Positions 45,308-55,517 are shown, counted from the stretch's first letter. The stretch: DNA of 64,000 nucleotides from a virus (IMGVR_UViG_3300031647_000750:128025-192024); one strand, 5' to 3'. Notes: generated by a model from the sequence alone, not told the origin. Program-made: numbers and translations.

Positions 45308-45685
45308 ATGTTAAATAAAATATACAGCGTCATTGGTAACTTTTTTCTGAAACGTACTGATGAATATTGGCAAGAACGTGATTACGGCGAATGTGACGAT
45401 GTTCCATTTAGTACTAGTAGGTTTGGGCGTAACGTTGGTGCTGGTGCCACTACTACGAAGTTGAAGAATCAAAGTCACCATCAACTCACACCTGACACAG
45501 ACCCATCATTCAATATCCGTATATATTCTGCAAAAGGTGGTCGCGTAGTTGAATGTCATACAACTACTAATCACGCTAATCAGCAATTCCAAGGTAGTAG
45601 TACAGACTTATATGTAATACCAGATGGTACTGATTTAGTTGATGAACTTGGTAAAATCTTAATGATGCACTCCTTGACAAAGTAG
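45308..45685 (+). CDS. Hypothetical protein
   Basis: ORF. Confidence 0.4.
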   Translation: MLNKIYSVIGNFFLKRTDEYWQERDYGECDDVPFSTSRFGRNVGAGATTTKLKNQSHHQLTPDTDPSFNIRIYSAKGGRVVECHTTTNHANQQFQGSSTDLYVIPDGTDLVDELGKILMMHSLTK

Positions 45686-45702
45686 TAAAACTAGTGTATA
45701 AT
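45674..45702 (+). promoter_or_regulatory. Promoter TTGACAAAG-17-TATAAT upstream of the clamp loader gene
   Basis: Consensus hexamers. Confidence 0.5.
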
Positions 45703-45734
45703 ATCTTATTAACAACTTAAATTAGGAATAGCAT

Positions 45735-46658
45735 ATGGCTAAGGAATTATGGGTAGAAAAGTATCGTCCCAATACAGTAAAAGAATACGTATTCAAAGAT
45801 AATACCCAACGTAAACAGGTACAGAACTGGATCAATGATGGTGGTATTCCACACTTATTGTTCAGTGGTAGTCCGGGAACTGGTAAGACGACAATTGCAA
45901 AAGTGCTTATCAATGAACTTTCTATTCAAGATGCTGATGTACTATATATTAACGCTAGTCGTGATAACGGTGTTGAAATGATTCGTAAGAAGATCACCGC
46001 ATTCAGTGAGACTATGCCTTGGGGTGATTTCAAGGTTATCTTATTAGATGAGGCTGATCATATTTCACCAGAAGGTCAAGCAGCATTGCGTGGCGTTATG
46101 GAACAATATCATGCGAGTGTTCGGTTTATCTTAACATGTAACTATCCTAACATGATTATTCCAGCATTGCATAGTCGTTGTCAAGGTTTCCATATTGAGA
46201 AACTAGATCAAACAGATTTCACAGTGCGTGTTGCAGAGATTTTAGCAGACAATAATATTGAATTTGATATTGATACATTAGATGCAATGGTTCGTGCGAA
46301 TTATCCCGACTTGCGTAAAACGATTAATACGGTACAGATGAGTATCGCAGACAATCTATTACAGAAGCCTGTTGATGATAGTGGTGCTAGTGCAGTCTGG
46401 CGTATGGAAATGATTGATCTATTCAAATCTGGTGACATCAAAAAAGCGCGTAAATTGATTGTGTCTAAAGCGCGTGCAGATGAGTATAATGAAATTTATA
46501 CTTGGCTATATCGCAATATTGATTTGTATACATCAAATGATGACCAGTATGATGCGTGTGTTCTTGCAATCCGTAATGGTTTAGTAAAGCATACTCAAGT
46601 GGCTGATGTAGAGATTAATTTATCTGCGACAATGATTGAACTAGCACGCGCATTATAA
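45735..46658 (+). CDS. 44: Sliding clamp loader large subunit (T4 gp44-like, RFC small-subunit family AAA+)
   Basis: LWVEKYRP, Walker A SGSPGTGKTT, Walker B LLDEAD, SRC motif (SRCQ). Confidence 0.85.
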   Translation: MAKELWVEKYRPNTVKEYVFKDNTQRKQVQNWINDGGIPHLLFSGSPGTGKTTIAKVLINELSIQDADVLYINASRDNGVEMIRKKITAFSETMPWGDFKVILLDEADHISPEGQAALRGVMEQYHASVRFILTCNYPNMIIPALHSRCQGFHIEKLDQTDFTVRVAEILADNNIEFDIDTLDAMVRANYPDLRKTINTVQMSIADNLLQKPVDDSGASAVWRMEMIDLFKSGDIKKARKLIVSKARADEYNEIYTWLYRNIDLYTSNDDQYDACVLAIRNGLVKHTQVADVEINLSATMIELARAL

Positions 46659-46660
46659 TA

Positions 46661-47161
46661 ATGAAGTATGTAGATATCGTTAAATCTTTCATTAGCAATC
46701 ATACATTAAATGTGATCGCAATCACCATGATGTTTATTTCTTTATGTATGATTGATGATAATAAAACTATTGTGTCATTATGGGACGGGTTTGCATTTTT
46801 TATGTATATGCTAGGTATTATACTTATGATTAGCCCACTTCATTATAAATCATATAGAATATTATACAATATCTACAGTAGATTTCCAACTTGGTTACAG
46901 ATTCATTCACCATCTATACCGATACATTTGCGTAGAACTTATCAGACTGGCATACCTGATGCGTGGAGTACAGTTGTACTACCAGAAAGAAATATACATG
47001 ATGATTACATCTCGTACGCTGATTGGTGTGCTGAAAACGTGATAGGTAGATATTATGTGGGACAGTGTTATCTCAATCCAGATAATGCAAGATTACATGG
47101 ATTTAAGGTTTATTTTGAATGTGAAAAAGAAGCATTCATGTTTAGAATGGCAAATACATAA
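46661..47161 (+). CDS. Hypothetical membrane protein; its C-terminal ...EKEAFMFRMANT is shared with ORF 53539
   Basis: ORF; 2 TM segments; conserved C-terminal motif. Confidence 0.4.
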   Translation: MKYVDIVKSFISNHTLNVIAITMMFISLCMIDDNKTIVSLWDGFAFFMYMLGIILMISPLHYKSYRILYNIYSRFPTWLQIHSPSIPIHLRRTYQTGIPDAWSTVVLPERNIHDDYISYADWCAENVIGRYYVGQCYLNPDNARLHGFKVYFECEKEAFMFRMANT

Positions 47162-47162
47162 C

Positions 47163-47187
47163 AAGGCTCCTACGGGAGTTTTTTTGC
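47163..47187 (+). terminator. Putative rho-independent terminator
   Basis: GGCTCCTACGGGAG hairpin followed by TTTTTTT. Confidence 0.5.
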
Positions 47188-47225
47188 GTCTTAAACATAA
47201 ATACTATTAACGGGAGAATATTGCA

Positions 47226-47663
47226 GTGACAAAAGATTTTTTATTATGGTGGTTGATTTTTGTAATTCAATTGCTTGCACTTGGTACGGCATACTATTAT
47301 GATTTACATATATATGCATTTGAAAATGACCAAACATATATAACTTTTGTATTGTTGGCACTATGGTTTTTAACAAGTTTGAAAATTGGTCATAGAATCT
47401 ATAAAAATTCTACCACATCAGATGAAACATATTGGTTCATCGCAGAAACATGTATGTCTATTGGTATGATGGGCACAGTTCTTGGATTCATCCTCATGTT
47501 AGATGGTAGCGAATTAGGTTCGTTAGATCCATCAAATATTCAAGCAATGAAAGGCGTAATCGGACAATTGGCGAATGGCATGGCAACAGCATTGTTGACT
47601 ACATTGGTTGGATTGATCGTGTCTGTTTCATTGCGATCTCAACTTATCTTACAGGATAGATAA
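47226..47663 (+). CDS. MotA/TolQ/ExbB-family proton-channel-like membrane protein
   Basis: C-terminal GMMGTVLGFILM...MATALLTTLVGLIVSV matches the conserved ExbB/TolQ/MotA TM2-TM3 signature; GTG start after a GGGAGAA RBS. Confidence 0.45.
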   Translation: MTKDFLLWWLIFVIQLLALGTAYYYDLHIYAFENDQTYITFVLLALWFLTSLKIGHRIYKNSTTSDETYWFIAETCMSIGMMGTVLGFILMLDGSELGSLDPSNIQAMKGVIGQLANGMATALLTTLVGLIVSVSLRSQLILQDR

Positions 47664-47665
47664 AA

Positions 47666-48289
47666 ATGAGAGAAAGATATAGTTCTAATCTCGCATTCAA
47701 TGATATATTATTCAATGCATTGTTAGGCTTTGTAACTTTATTCATTCTAGTACTAGTTCTAGTAAATCCTATTTCAAAACAAAATGATATACCTGCATAT
47801 GCAGAAATAATGATAATACTTGAATGGGATGGTGAAGTGGTCGATGATCTAGATATATGGGTCATAGGTCCTGGCATGGAATTCCCATTGAGTTTCCAAA
47901 ATAAAACTAGTGGCTTCATGCATCTTGATAGAGATGATTTGGGAACCTCATCTGATACAGTACTGATTGACGGTGTTACACAGATAATAAAAATTAATAG
48001 AGAAGTAGTTAACATGCGTGGTATAATGCCAGGCGACTATTTTGTTAATGTACATGTATACAGTAGACCGACTACAACAGAACCAACATCATTCACAGTA
48101 TCGTTAATAGATATTAATCCATATAAAGAAGCAATTCATGTACAGCATCATGTAACCATGCGTAACGAAGTATTCAAAATACCAGCGTTTACAGTAGACG
48201 CTGAAGGTAATATATCAGATATTTTTATTAGTGATAGGTTGATACCACGACTAAGTGCTGCAATTGAGTCTTCAAATGGAAGGGGATAA
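47666..48289 (+). CDS. ExbD/TolR-like N-terminal TM protein with a larger C-terminal domain
   Basis: N-terminal NDILFNALLGFVTLFILVLVLV resembles ExbD/TolR DVMLVLLIIFMV; immediately follows the MotA/ExbB-like gene. Confidence 0.35.
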   Translation: MRERYSSNLAFNDILFNALLGFVTLFILVLVLVNPISKQNDIPAYAEIMIILEWDGEVVDDLDIWVIGPGMEFPLSFQNKTSGFMHLDRDDLGTSSDTVLIDGVTQIIKINREVVNMRGIMPGDYFVNVHVYSRPTTTEPTSFTVSLIDINPYKEAIHVQHHVTMRNEVFKIPAFTVDAEGNISDIFISDRLIPRLSAAIESSNGRG

Positions 48290-48291
48290 TT

Positions 48292-48810
48292 ATGTATAAT
48301 ATAATAGACACAATGAATATAGATACCATGATCATGTTGTATGTAATTGGCTTGTTTTTATTAGTAGTAATATGTGTATATGCATTAATACAGAGCAAAG
48401 CAAATAGATTATACACATTTATCATTATACCAGCATCACTGGTAATGTCACTATATAGTTGGCAAGCGATTACCGCGTTACAAGGACTCCCAATATACGG
48501 ATTGCCATATGATAAAGAGATACAGATATTATATACATATGACGAAAAGCCTTGGATATACATCCTATTGTCAGAACCAAATAAAGGACCTATATTATAT
48601 AAAACAGATTGGAGTAAAGCCAATTTGCAGAAGTTAAATGAATTATCAGGAGACAATGGTCAATCACAGGCTCAAGGTAAATTCAACAAAGGGTTAAATG
48701 GTGAAGCAGTATCATTTGAAATGTCAAACATATTGCCTAATGGTCAGAGCGCACTTAAACGACCACCCAAACCCCGTAGTATAACAATAAACGAAGGAGG
48801 AGGTCTATAA
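48292..48810 (+). CDS. Hypothetical membrane protein
   Basis: 2 TM segments. Confidence 0.4.
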   Translation: MYNIIDTMNIDTMIMLYVIGLFLLVVICVYALIQSKANRLYTFIIIPASLVMSLYSWQAITALQGLPIYGLPYDKEIQILYTYDEKPWIYILLSEPNKGPILYKTDWSKANLQKLNELSGDNGQSQAQGKFNKGLNGEAVSFEMSNILPNGQSALKRPPKPRSITINEGGGL

Positions 48811-49061
48811 TGGATGCACCACAAGCAGTATTATTAGTAGCACATTATGTAGTATCATTATTCGGAATGCAATTAGGCGGACCAGTAATGAAATCATATC
48901 CATATCCAACAATGGAAATTTGCGAAATATATAAAAAAGAGATGGAAGGTGATTTTAAACTTGACATGGAATATAGCCTAATCACACGAACAGATTGTGT
49001 TACTATAGCAAAATTCAAAGAGATAACCGCGCCTAAGAAACAGGAGACTACTGATGAATAA
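48810..49061 (+). CDS. Hypothetical protein
   Basis: ORF. Confidence 0.35.
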   Translation: MDAPQAVLLVAHYVVSLFGMQLGGPVMKSYPYPTMEICEIYKKEMEGDFKLDMEYSLITRTDCVTIAKFKEITAPKKQETTDE

Positions 49062-49938
49062 AATAATGAACGTATTCAAGATTGTGCTTGGATACATTAA
49101 ACATATACCATTGGTTACATTGATAATCAGGTTATACAATAAAATATCACATAGTGTACCATTAGTAATAATGGCGATAATCATATTATTATTCTCTGCT
49201 AATCAAATACATACATGGTATTCCCATTACATGGTTCTTTATATTGAAGCAAATAAAGATAAAGAATCAGAAGAATCTAAGAAAGAACCTGGACTTGTAT
49301 TCACTCAAATAGATGATAACTTATATACATTGACAGGCGCAGTGGGTGAAGGAGATTGCGAACGCATTGTTCCTGACTTACCACAATCATTTACTGTTAT
49401 TTTAGAAAGCCCAGGCGGTAGTCTATCAGAAGGTTCATGTCTTGCTGCACATTTTAAGTTACGTGATGTAGTTACAGTAGTACGTGGAACAGAAGTATTT
49501 AATGAAAATGGCAAAGTAATATACACGCCAGGCACAGTGAATTTAAACAGTGAAAATACAAAAGATAGCAACAAAGATAAGTCAATGTGTGCATCTGCAT
49601 GTGGTCTTTTATTTCTAGCAGGCGATAAACGATACTTAATAGGTGATGTCTTGTTCGGCATACACGGTCCACGCACACCATTAGAATCTATTACTAAAAT
49701 GCATCCAGCAGCACTAGAAGCATCTGCATATCGTACAGCGGCAGCATTAATAAAACTATTAGAAAGACTAGGAGTTGATGAAGCATTAAGATTGCTATTC
49801 ATACAAATTCCATCCGCGTCAATGTATTGGTTACATCCAAGAGATTTTAACGCAAAACCAGAATTAGTTACAATTGCAACTAATTACAAAAACTTCTGGA
49901 GTTATTCAGCATCAAACTCAGAAGCAGCCCTAAAATAG
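49054..49938 (+). CDS. Membrane-anchored ClpP/SppA-like (S14/S49 clan SK) serine peptidase
   Basis: N-terminal TM helices; VILESPGGSLSEG and MCASACGLLFLAGDKRY correspond to the ClpP NSPGG and GxAASMG regions. Confidence 0.45.
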   Translation: MNKIMNVFKIVLGYIKHIPLVTLIIRLYNKISHSVPLVIMAIIILLFSANQIHTWYSHYMVLYIEANKDKESEESKKEPGLVFTQIDDNLYTLTGAVGEGDCERIVPDLPQSFTVILESPGGSLSEGSCLAAHFKLRDVVTVVRGTEVFNENGKVIYTPGTVNLNSENTKDSNKDKSMCASACGLLFLAGDKRYLIGDVLFGIHGPRTPLESITKMHPAALEASAYRTAAALIKLLERLGVDEALRLLFIQIPSASMYWLHPRDFNAKPELVTIATNYKNFWSYSASNSEAALK

Positions 49939-49949
49939 GAGAAGATTAA

Positions 49950-51017
49950 ATGTTAAAAAGTTTCTTTGGAACTAAAGAAAGCGCAGTATATGCATGGGTA
50001 ATGCTTGCATTCTTGTTAGTTATTACTTGGTACAATGTACAAATATTAGTAGCATACAACTTGTGGAACAAAGAGTTCTATGATTCAATTCAAACTCTTC
50101 AACAAGAAAGATTTTGGCAACTACTATGGGGATTTGATATGATCAGATTTACCGAGTTGCTAACATTAAAAGAAGACACCGTACCATCATTCTTGGAAAT
50201 TATAATCCTATATACACCAATGGCTACATACGTTATATGGCAGACACAGAGATATACATTCAGATGGCGTGAAGCGAATACACATCACTATCTTAAACGA
50301 TGGGAGAAATCTACCGCTAAGATAGAAGGTGGTTCACAGCGTATTCAAGAAGATTTAATGGTATTCGGTAAAACATTACAAGGTCTATTCACTGGATTCT
50401 TTAGTGCAATACTTGTATTATTTGCATTCTTACCTATCTTATGGGAATTATCAGAAGGTCTACCAGTTTGGAATGGTCAAATCATTCCAGGATTCTTAGT
50501 GTGGGTAGCACTGACTATCTCAATCGGTGGCACATTGATCTCATTCATATTGGGTATGAAATTGCCTGGACTAGAATACAATAACCAAGTGGTAGAAGCA
50601 AAATTCAGAAAGAAATTAGTTCATTCAGAAGATGATATAACGCAGCGTGTAACTGATGATTTATTTCCAATGTTCGCAGCAGTCAAGAAAAACTATTATC
50701 GCTTATTTAACTGGTATATGGGTTTTGGTGTGTGGTCAACTGCATTCGGTTTAGCAGCAGGAAACATAGCAATCATCGTATTAGCACCAAGTTACTTTGA
50801 ACAGTTAATCACATTAGGTGTTCTATTCCAAGTACTTAACGCATTTGGTAGAGTAGAAGGTTCAATGACATTCTTCATTGATAGATGGACAACCATTGTT
50901 GACTTCCAATCAGTGATTAAGCGTCTACGTGAATTCAATAAGGTGTTAGATGAAGCAGAACTAATTGAAGCAGCAGCACCAGTAAAGAAGAAACGAGCAT
51001 ATCGTAAGAAGACATAA
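49950..51017 (+). CDS. Polytopic membrane protein (hypothetical)
   Basis: At least 6 hydrophobic segments. Confidence 0.45.
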   Translation: MLKSFFGTKESAVYAWVMLAFLLVITWYNVQILVAYNLWNKEFYDSIQTLQQERFWQLLWGFDMIRFTELLTLKEDTVPSFLEIIILYTPMATYVIWQTQRYTFRWREANTHHYLKRWEKSTAKIEGGSQRIQEDLMVFGKTLQGLFTGFFSAILVLFAFLPILWELSEGLPVWNGQIIPGFLVWVALTISIGGTLISFILGMKLPGLEYNNQVVEAKFRKKLVHSEDDITQRVTDDLFPMFAAVKKNYYRLFNWYMGFGVWSTAFGLAAGNIAIIVLAPSYFEQLITLGVLFQVLNAFGRVEGSMTFFIDRWTTIVDFQSVIKRLREFNKVLDEAELIEAAAPVKKKRAYRKKT

Positions 51018-51034
51018 TACAACTTATGTAAAAA

Positions 51035-51057
51035 AAGACGCTAAATGCGTCTTTTTT
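51035..51057 (+). terminator. Rho-independent terminator
   Basis: AAGACGC-TAAAT-GCGTCTT followed by TTTTT. Confidence 0.75.
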
Positions 51058-51082
51058 ATTGCATTTATTTTACAAAAAGACT

Positions 51083-51145
51083 TGACAACCAAGGCTCCTT
51101 ACGATATAATAGTTATATAAGTTAATCAAGAGAAGGAAGTAATCA
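51083..51145 (+). promoter_or_regulatory. Conserved promoter plus leader cassette
   Basis: TTGACAACC-16-TATAAT AGTTATATAAGTTAATCAAG..AAGGAAG. Confidence 0.6.
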
Positions 51146-51667
51146 ATGAAAAAGTTTATATTAGCCGCTGCTGCTGTCTTAACATTATCTGGATGTCAGA
51201 CAACTCCAGCCATCACTCAGTATGACTCATTTGATAACGTAACTGAAATAAAGTCTCCAGAGGGGTGTTCATATAGTATAAAGCGTACTCTAGATAGTCT
51301 ATGTATTAGAATGTCAATGAAACTTAAAGGCAATACTACGATTGATCAATTAAAAGGTATGTCAAAGAGTCAAGGTGAAAAATTCATAGAAGGCAGATAT
51401 GTAGAATGGCGATATAGTAGCGACAACTGGTTGTTTGTTGAAAATATTGTTATTAAAGTCGATGGTATTAAATATGATGCATTCGGTGCATTAGACAACC
51501 GTGAAGTAAGATATGGTGGTAATATCACTGAGTGGAAGAAAGTAAAACTTGTTAACAACAGTAGGCTGCATCAGTTCTATCGTGATGTCGCCAACGGTAA
51601 ATTCGCAGGAAAAAAAGTTACAGCGAGAGTATATGGTAAAAATTATTATACTGATTTTAACCTTTAG
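51146..51667 (+). CDS. Lipoprotein (signal peptide with lipobox LSGC)
   Basis: MKKFILAAAAVLTLSGCQ. Confidence 0.55.
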   Translation: MKKFILAAAAVLTLSGCQTTPAITQYDSFDNVTEIKSPEGCSYSIKRTLDSLCIRMSMKLKGNTTIDQLKGMSKSQGEKFIEGRYVEWRYSSDNWLFVENIVIKVDGIKYDAFGALDNREVRYGGNITEWKKVKLVNNSRLHQFYRDVANGKFAGKKVTARVYGKNYYTDFNL

Positions 51668-51670
51668 TAC

Positions 51671-51732
51671 TTGACTACCAAGGCTTCTTGTTGTATAATG
51701 GTTATATAAGTTAATTAAAGCGAGAAAGATTC
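51671..51732 (+). promoter_or_regulatory. Conserved promoter plus leader cassette
   Basis: TTGACTACC-17-TATAAT GGTTATATAAGTTAATTAAAGCGAGAAAG. Confidence 0.6.
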
Positions 51733-52044
51733 ATGAAAGCAGTAGTTCGTATTGAAGTTTCAAAAGCCCATCCAACTGCAAAGTTTTTAACTGTTCGTGA
51801 TTACCCTGTGCTAGTTGCAAATATCAAAGGCAAAGGTAAGGATGACATTCAGCGTAAAGTAGATCGTTTAACAGATAAAGTTCGTCGTGAAGAAGGTGTT
51901 CAGTATATGGGTTCTACTACTCTGTTCAACAAAGAAATGTCTGGGCTTGGCTTTATTAAGTACAGTAACAAAAACGGATTTACTGGTAACTGGAGTAAGT
52001 GCAAAAAAGATTTGGAAATGTTTTCCACACTAAGGAGAGCATAA
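51733..52044 (+). CDS. Hypothetical basic protein
   Basis: ORF after the leader. Confidence 0.45.
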   Translation: MKAVVRIEVSKAHPTAKFLTVRDYPVLVANIKGKGKDDIQRKVDRLTDKVRREEGVQYMGSTTLFNKEMSGLGFIKYSNKNGFTGNWSKCKKDLEMFSTLRRA

Positions 52045-52928
52045 TGATAACAAATATTAATTCTAAAGACGATATCGCTAATCATAAAGATTACATACTT
52101 GAACAAGAACATTGGCTTGCTGATTTAAAAGATCCCGTCATACAACAACATATGGCAAAAAACTTTCAAAGTGCCGCAGTCTTTGACGAAGCATTCACCA
52201 AAGAAGAAATAGAGTGGATTTATGGCTTCGCTTTCAGTCGTTGTACCACAGTAAGACATAATGATAACGGTACTATGTTTATCAGTGGTAACTTACAAGG
52301 TGTTTATGAAAAGTTTGCTGATAGAATTAATCAAATGATTCCTGGAGCAGAAAACTCACCATGTGTAGGAGGTAACTTTTTCATTACTCCTAGTCAGTAT
52401 GGTTTACACAATGATAGCACACGTGAAAGCGATTGGGTTCAAAGTTTAGAAAGAACACCTCGCGATAGCGATAGACGTAAATGGATTCCGTGGCGCAACA
52501 TGATCATTCCACTATTTACTGCACCTAGTGGCATTGATAGTCATGCTACATTCTTTGATCAACGACATGCTGATTTTGCACACGTATATCATCATGGTAA
52601 GAAAGCAAATCAAACAGTTGCTACCACATATCCCATAGCAGATGATCACGGTAAACTAGATTTCCGCTTATTGGATGGTACAGTGCAATCAACAGAAGAT
52701 AATCTACGTAAGTATAATGTTGAACACCATGAAGAGTATCTATATTATACCCCTTACAGGAGATTGACAGGACTTACACCAGAGTTAACATGCGAATGGA
52801 AACCAGCAAGTCCTATTGTATTTGATGCTGTACAATTACATGCAACCAATAAAGGATTCAAAGATCAAACTCATTGGACTACTAAAATGGGATTGTTACT
52901 TACATTTATGAAAGAAGTACCACAATAA
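52044..52928 (+). CDS. Hypothetical protein
   Basis: ATG overlapping the upstream stop (ATAATGA) with a strong RBS TAAGGAGAG; the track ORF from 51999 is over-extended. Confidence 0.5.
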   Translation: MITNINSKDDIANHKDYILEQEHWLADLKDPVIQQHMAKNFQSAAVFDEAFTKEEIEWIYGFAFSRCTTVRHNDNGTMFISGNLQGVYEKFADRINQMIPGAENSPCVGGNFFITPSQYGLHNDSTRESDWVQSLERTPRDSDRRKWIPWRNMIIPLFTAPSGIDSHATFFDQRHADFAHVYHHGKKANQTVATTYPIADDHGKLDFRLLDGTVQSTEDNLRKYNVEHHEEYLYYTPYRRLTGLTPELTCEWKPASPIVFDAVQLHATNKGFKDQTHWTTKMGLLLTFMKEVPQ

Positions 52929-52946
52929 ATTAAAGAGAGCATTATT

Positions 52947-53186
52947 ATGACTGAATTTATATTATTAATTTTTTTGACAGTGTCGTCCGAAGGGCATGAT
53001 ACCGCTTTAAACAAACTATATCCTCGTACGTTCGTGTCAAGAGAAGAATGTATCGCAATGACAGTCGATACTACCGCAAGAACACACCTTTATCGTTATT
53101 TGACAGAACAAATTATTGGTACTCAAACTATTGTTGATATGCGATTCAGTTGTCTACCAGTAACGAAGAAATCAGCCAATGGCTAG
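52947..53186 (+). CDS. Hypothetical small protein with an N-terminal TM segment
   Basis: ORF. Confidence 0.35.
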   Translation: MTEFILLIFLTVSSEGHDTALNKLYPRTFVSREECIAMTVDTTARTHLYRYLTEQIIGTQTIVDMRFSCLPVTKKSANG

Positions 53187-53542
53187 ATCTCCAAAAACTG
53201 ATAAAAAGTTTTCAGTGTGTCGCACTATGGAAGAAGCACGTGGATAACATTAGAACACAATATATATGCAGACTATTCCCGAACGGTGTAATTAGAGAAG
53301 AGCAATGGGGATATGATCCGATAAATGCCGAGAATCATCGTGGAGACTATGAATACATAGTTAGGTGGCATCGCCTAGATGGACCGGCACATATCGTGTA
53401 TAATAAGTTGGGTTATATCACGCGATATAAATGGTGGGTCAATGGTGAACTAATAACTAGTGACGTATTAGAAAAATACTTTGTGGATGCACTAAACCCA
53501 ACAGACGAAGAGATATTTATATTTAAAATGGCTAAAGTATGA
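53150..53542 (+). CDS. Hypothetical protein
   Basis: ORF. Confidence 0.35.
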   Translation: MSTSNEEISQWLDLQKLIKSFQCVALWKKHVDNIRTQYICRLFPNGVIREEQWGYDPINAENHRGDYEYIVRWHRLDGPAHIVYNKLGYITRYKWWVNGELITSDVLEKYFVDALNPTDEEIFIFKMAKV

Positions 53543-53736
53543 TTAAAAATAAAATAAATCCTAGATGGTTTCGTGTAACACGACCTATTGGTAGTTTGAT
53601 AAGTCGTTCGGCAGATGTAGATGAGCATTGGTGCGAAAAAAATTGCATCGGTAAATTCACAAACTCTCCGATGGGATCGAACTTCTGGTTTGAGAAAGAA
53701 GAAGATGCAATGATGTTTAAAATGGCAAACAGTTAA
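53539..53736 (+). CDS. Hypothetical small protein; its C-terminal FEKEEDAMMFKMANS is shared with ORF 46661
   Basis: ORF plus conserved motif. Confidence 0.35.
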   Translation: MIKNKINPRWFRVTRPIGSLISRSADVDEHWCEKNCIGKFTNSPMGSNFWFEKEEDAMMFKMANS

Positions 53737-53742
53737 AACTAG

Positions 53743-53771
53743 TTGACAAGTAACACTCGTCATGCTATAAT
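53743..53771 (+). promoter_or_regulatory. Promoter TTGACAAGTAAC-17-TATAAT upstream of prs
   Basis: Consensus hexamers. Confidence 0.55.
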
Positions 53772-53804
53772 AACTGACATCATGAATATAAAGGATTTAA
53801 TAAA

Positions 53805-54776
53805 ATGAAAATTATTGCAGGTAACAGTAACAAAAAAATGGCACTTGCCATTGCAGAAAGGTGCTTTGCGTCACTCGTATCCGCAGATATCAAAACATTT
53901 GCAGATGGTGAATCAAGTGTACAGTTTAACGAGAACATTCGTGGCGAAGATGTTTTCATCATTCAATCAACGTCTACTCCTGTTAATGACAATCTTATGG
54001 AATTGTTGGTTATGATTGACGCTGCAAAACGTAGCAGTGCAACTCGCATTACCGCAGTAATGCCATACTTTGGATATGCACGCCAAGATCGTAAGAGTGC
54101 ATCCCGTACTCCCATCACAGCAAAACTAGTAGCAGACTTACTAACAACAGCGGGCGCAGACAGAATCCTTACAATGGACTTACACGCAGGACAAATACAG
54201 GGATTCTTTGATATTCCAGTCGATGATCTAACATCCCGTATTGCGTTTGCTAAAGATATTAAGAAGCAATTCTTCAAAGAAGGTGCTGACGTAACCGAGA
54301 TTGAAACTGTATTTGTAAGCCCAGATGCAGGCGGTACAGTTCGTGCACGTAAGTTTGCTGACATGTTTGGTGGTGATATTGCCATTGTAGACAAGCGCAG
54401 ACCACGTGCTGGTGAAAGTGAAGTTATGGGATTAATTGGCGATGTCAAAGGACAACACGCTATTCTAGTAGACGACATTATTGACTCAGGTGGTACATTA
54501 TGTAATGCTGCTCAAGCAATCATGGATGCTGGTGCACTTAGTGTTAGGGCATATATTACACATGGTGTACTTAGTGGTACTGCTTGTCAACAAGTTGAAA
54601 AGAGTGTACTCACTGAACTAGTAATCACTGACAGCATTGAATTTAATTGTCCAGCAGATCATACAAAAACTAGAACAGTAAGTGTAAGTCAAATGTTTGG
54701 TGAAGCAATTCGTCGTGTCACTAACGAAGAAAGTGTCAGTAGTTTATTCACCCAACTAGTAAGACCTATAGTATGA
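53805..54776 (+). CDS. prs: Ribose-phosphate pyrophosphokinase (PRPP synthetase)
   Basis: Full-length homology, including the [11 protein letters not shown] and PRPP-binding [10 protein letters not shown] motifs. Confidence 0.85.
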   Translation: MKIIAGNSNKKMALAIAERCFASLVSADIKTFADGESSVQFNENIRGEDVFIIQSTSTPVNDNLMELLVMIDAAKRSSATRITAVMPYFGYARQDRKSASRTPITAKLVADLLTTAGADRILTMDLHAGQIQGFFDIPVDDLTSRIAFAKDIKKQFFKEGADVTEIETVFVSPDAGGTVRARKFADMFGGDIAIVDKRRPRAGESEVMGLIGDVKGQHAILVDDIIDSGGTLCNAAQAIMDAGALSVRAYITHGVLSGTACQQVEKSVLTELVITDSIEFNCPADHTKTRTVSVSQMFGEAIRRVTNEESVSSLFTQLVRPIV

Positions 54777-55516
54777 AGATTAAGTATATGAGCGATCTTC
54801 ATTTGGAGTTCGGTCAACTAAATGAAGAACCAACTGATAATGCAGATGTATTAATATTAGCAGGCGATATTAATATTAAGGGAAGAGTAGGTTGGATTAA
54901 TGAACAAATTGAAAAATATAAGCACGTTATCTATGTTACTGGCAACCACGAATATTATAACTCTAATATTTCTCATCTCGATAGTAGATTAGAAGAAAAT
55001 TTAGATCCACGTATACATTTCCTACAAAATAAATCAGTGAAGATAGAAGACACTATGTTTCATGGTTCTACTCTTTGGACTGATATGACATTAGCTGATG
55101 AATACTTCATTAATAGAGGTATGTCGGATTTTAACGTCATTAGTATTAATAATGATGATGTAATTAATAATGGTTTTCGTAAATTCAGAACACATGACTC
55201 TAAAGTAGAACATTATGCTGCTATGGAATATCTAAAAGCGAATGTAAAGAAAGGTGATGTAGTGATTACTCACCATGCTCCATCATTCAAATCGTCGTTG
55301 GATTGCTTTATAGGAAGCACATTAAATCCTGCTTTCGCAACTGATTTATCAGCATTCATTATGGACTACAGGCCTAAGTTCTGGATTCATGGTCATATGC
55401 ATAATACATCAGATTATATGATTAGTGGCACTCGTATATTGTGTAATCCTAGAGGGTACATTCATGAAGAAAATCATGAATTTGATGTTAACAAAACATT
55501 TGAAATAGGAGAATAG
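54773..55516 (+). CDS. Calcineurin-like metallophosphoesterase
   Basis: DLHLEF, LAGDIN, GNHEYY, ITHHAP and GHMH motifs. Confidence 0.65.
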   Translation: MKIKYMSDLHLEFGQLNEEPTDNADVLILAGDINIKGRVGWINEQIEKYKHVIYVTGNHEYYNSNISHLDSRLEENLDPRIHFLQNKSVKIEDTMFHGSTLWTDMTLADEYFINRGMSDFNVISINNDDVINNGFRKFRTHDSKVEHYAAMEYLKANVKKGDVVITHHAPSFKSSLDCFIGSTLNPAFATDLSAFIMDYRPKFWIHGHMHNTSDYMISGTRILCNPRGYIHEENHEFDVNKTFEIGE

Positions 55517-55517
55517 T

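Noticed and set aside
46661-47161. Clamp-loader small subunit (T4 gp62), suggested by its position directly after gene 44
   Set aside because: The protein has hydrophobic TM-like segments and no recognisable similarity to gp62, so synteny alone is insufficient.
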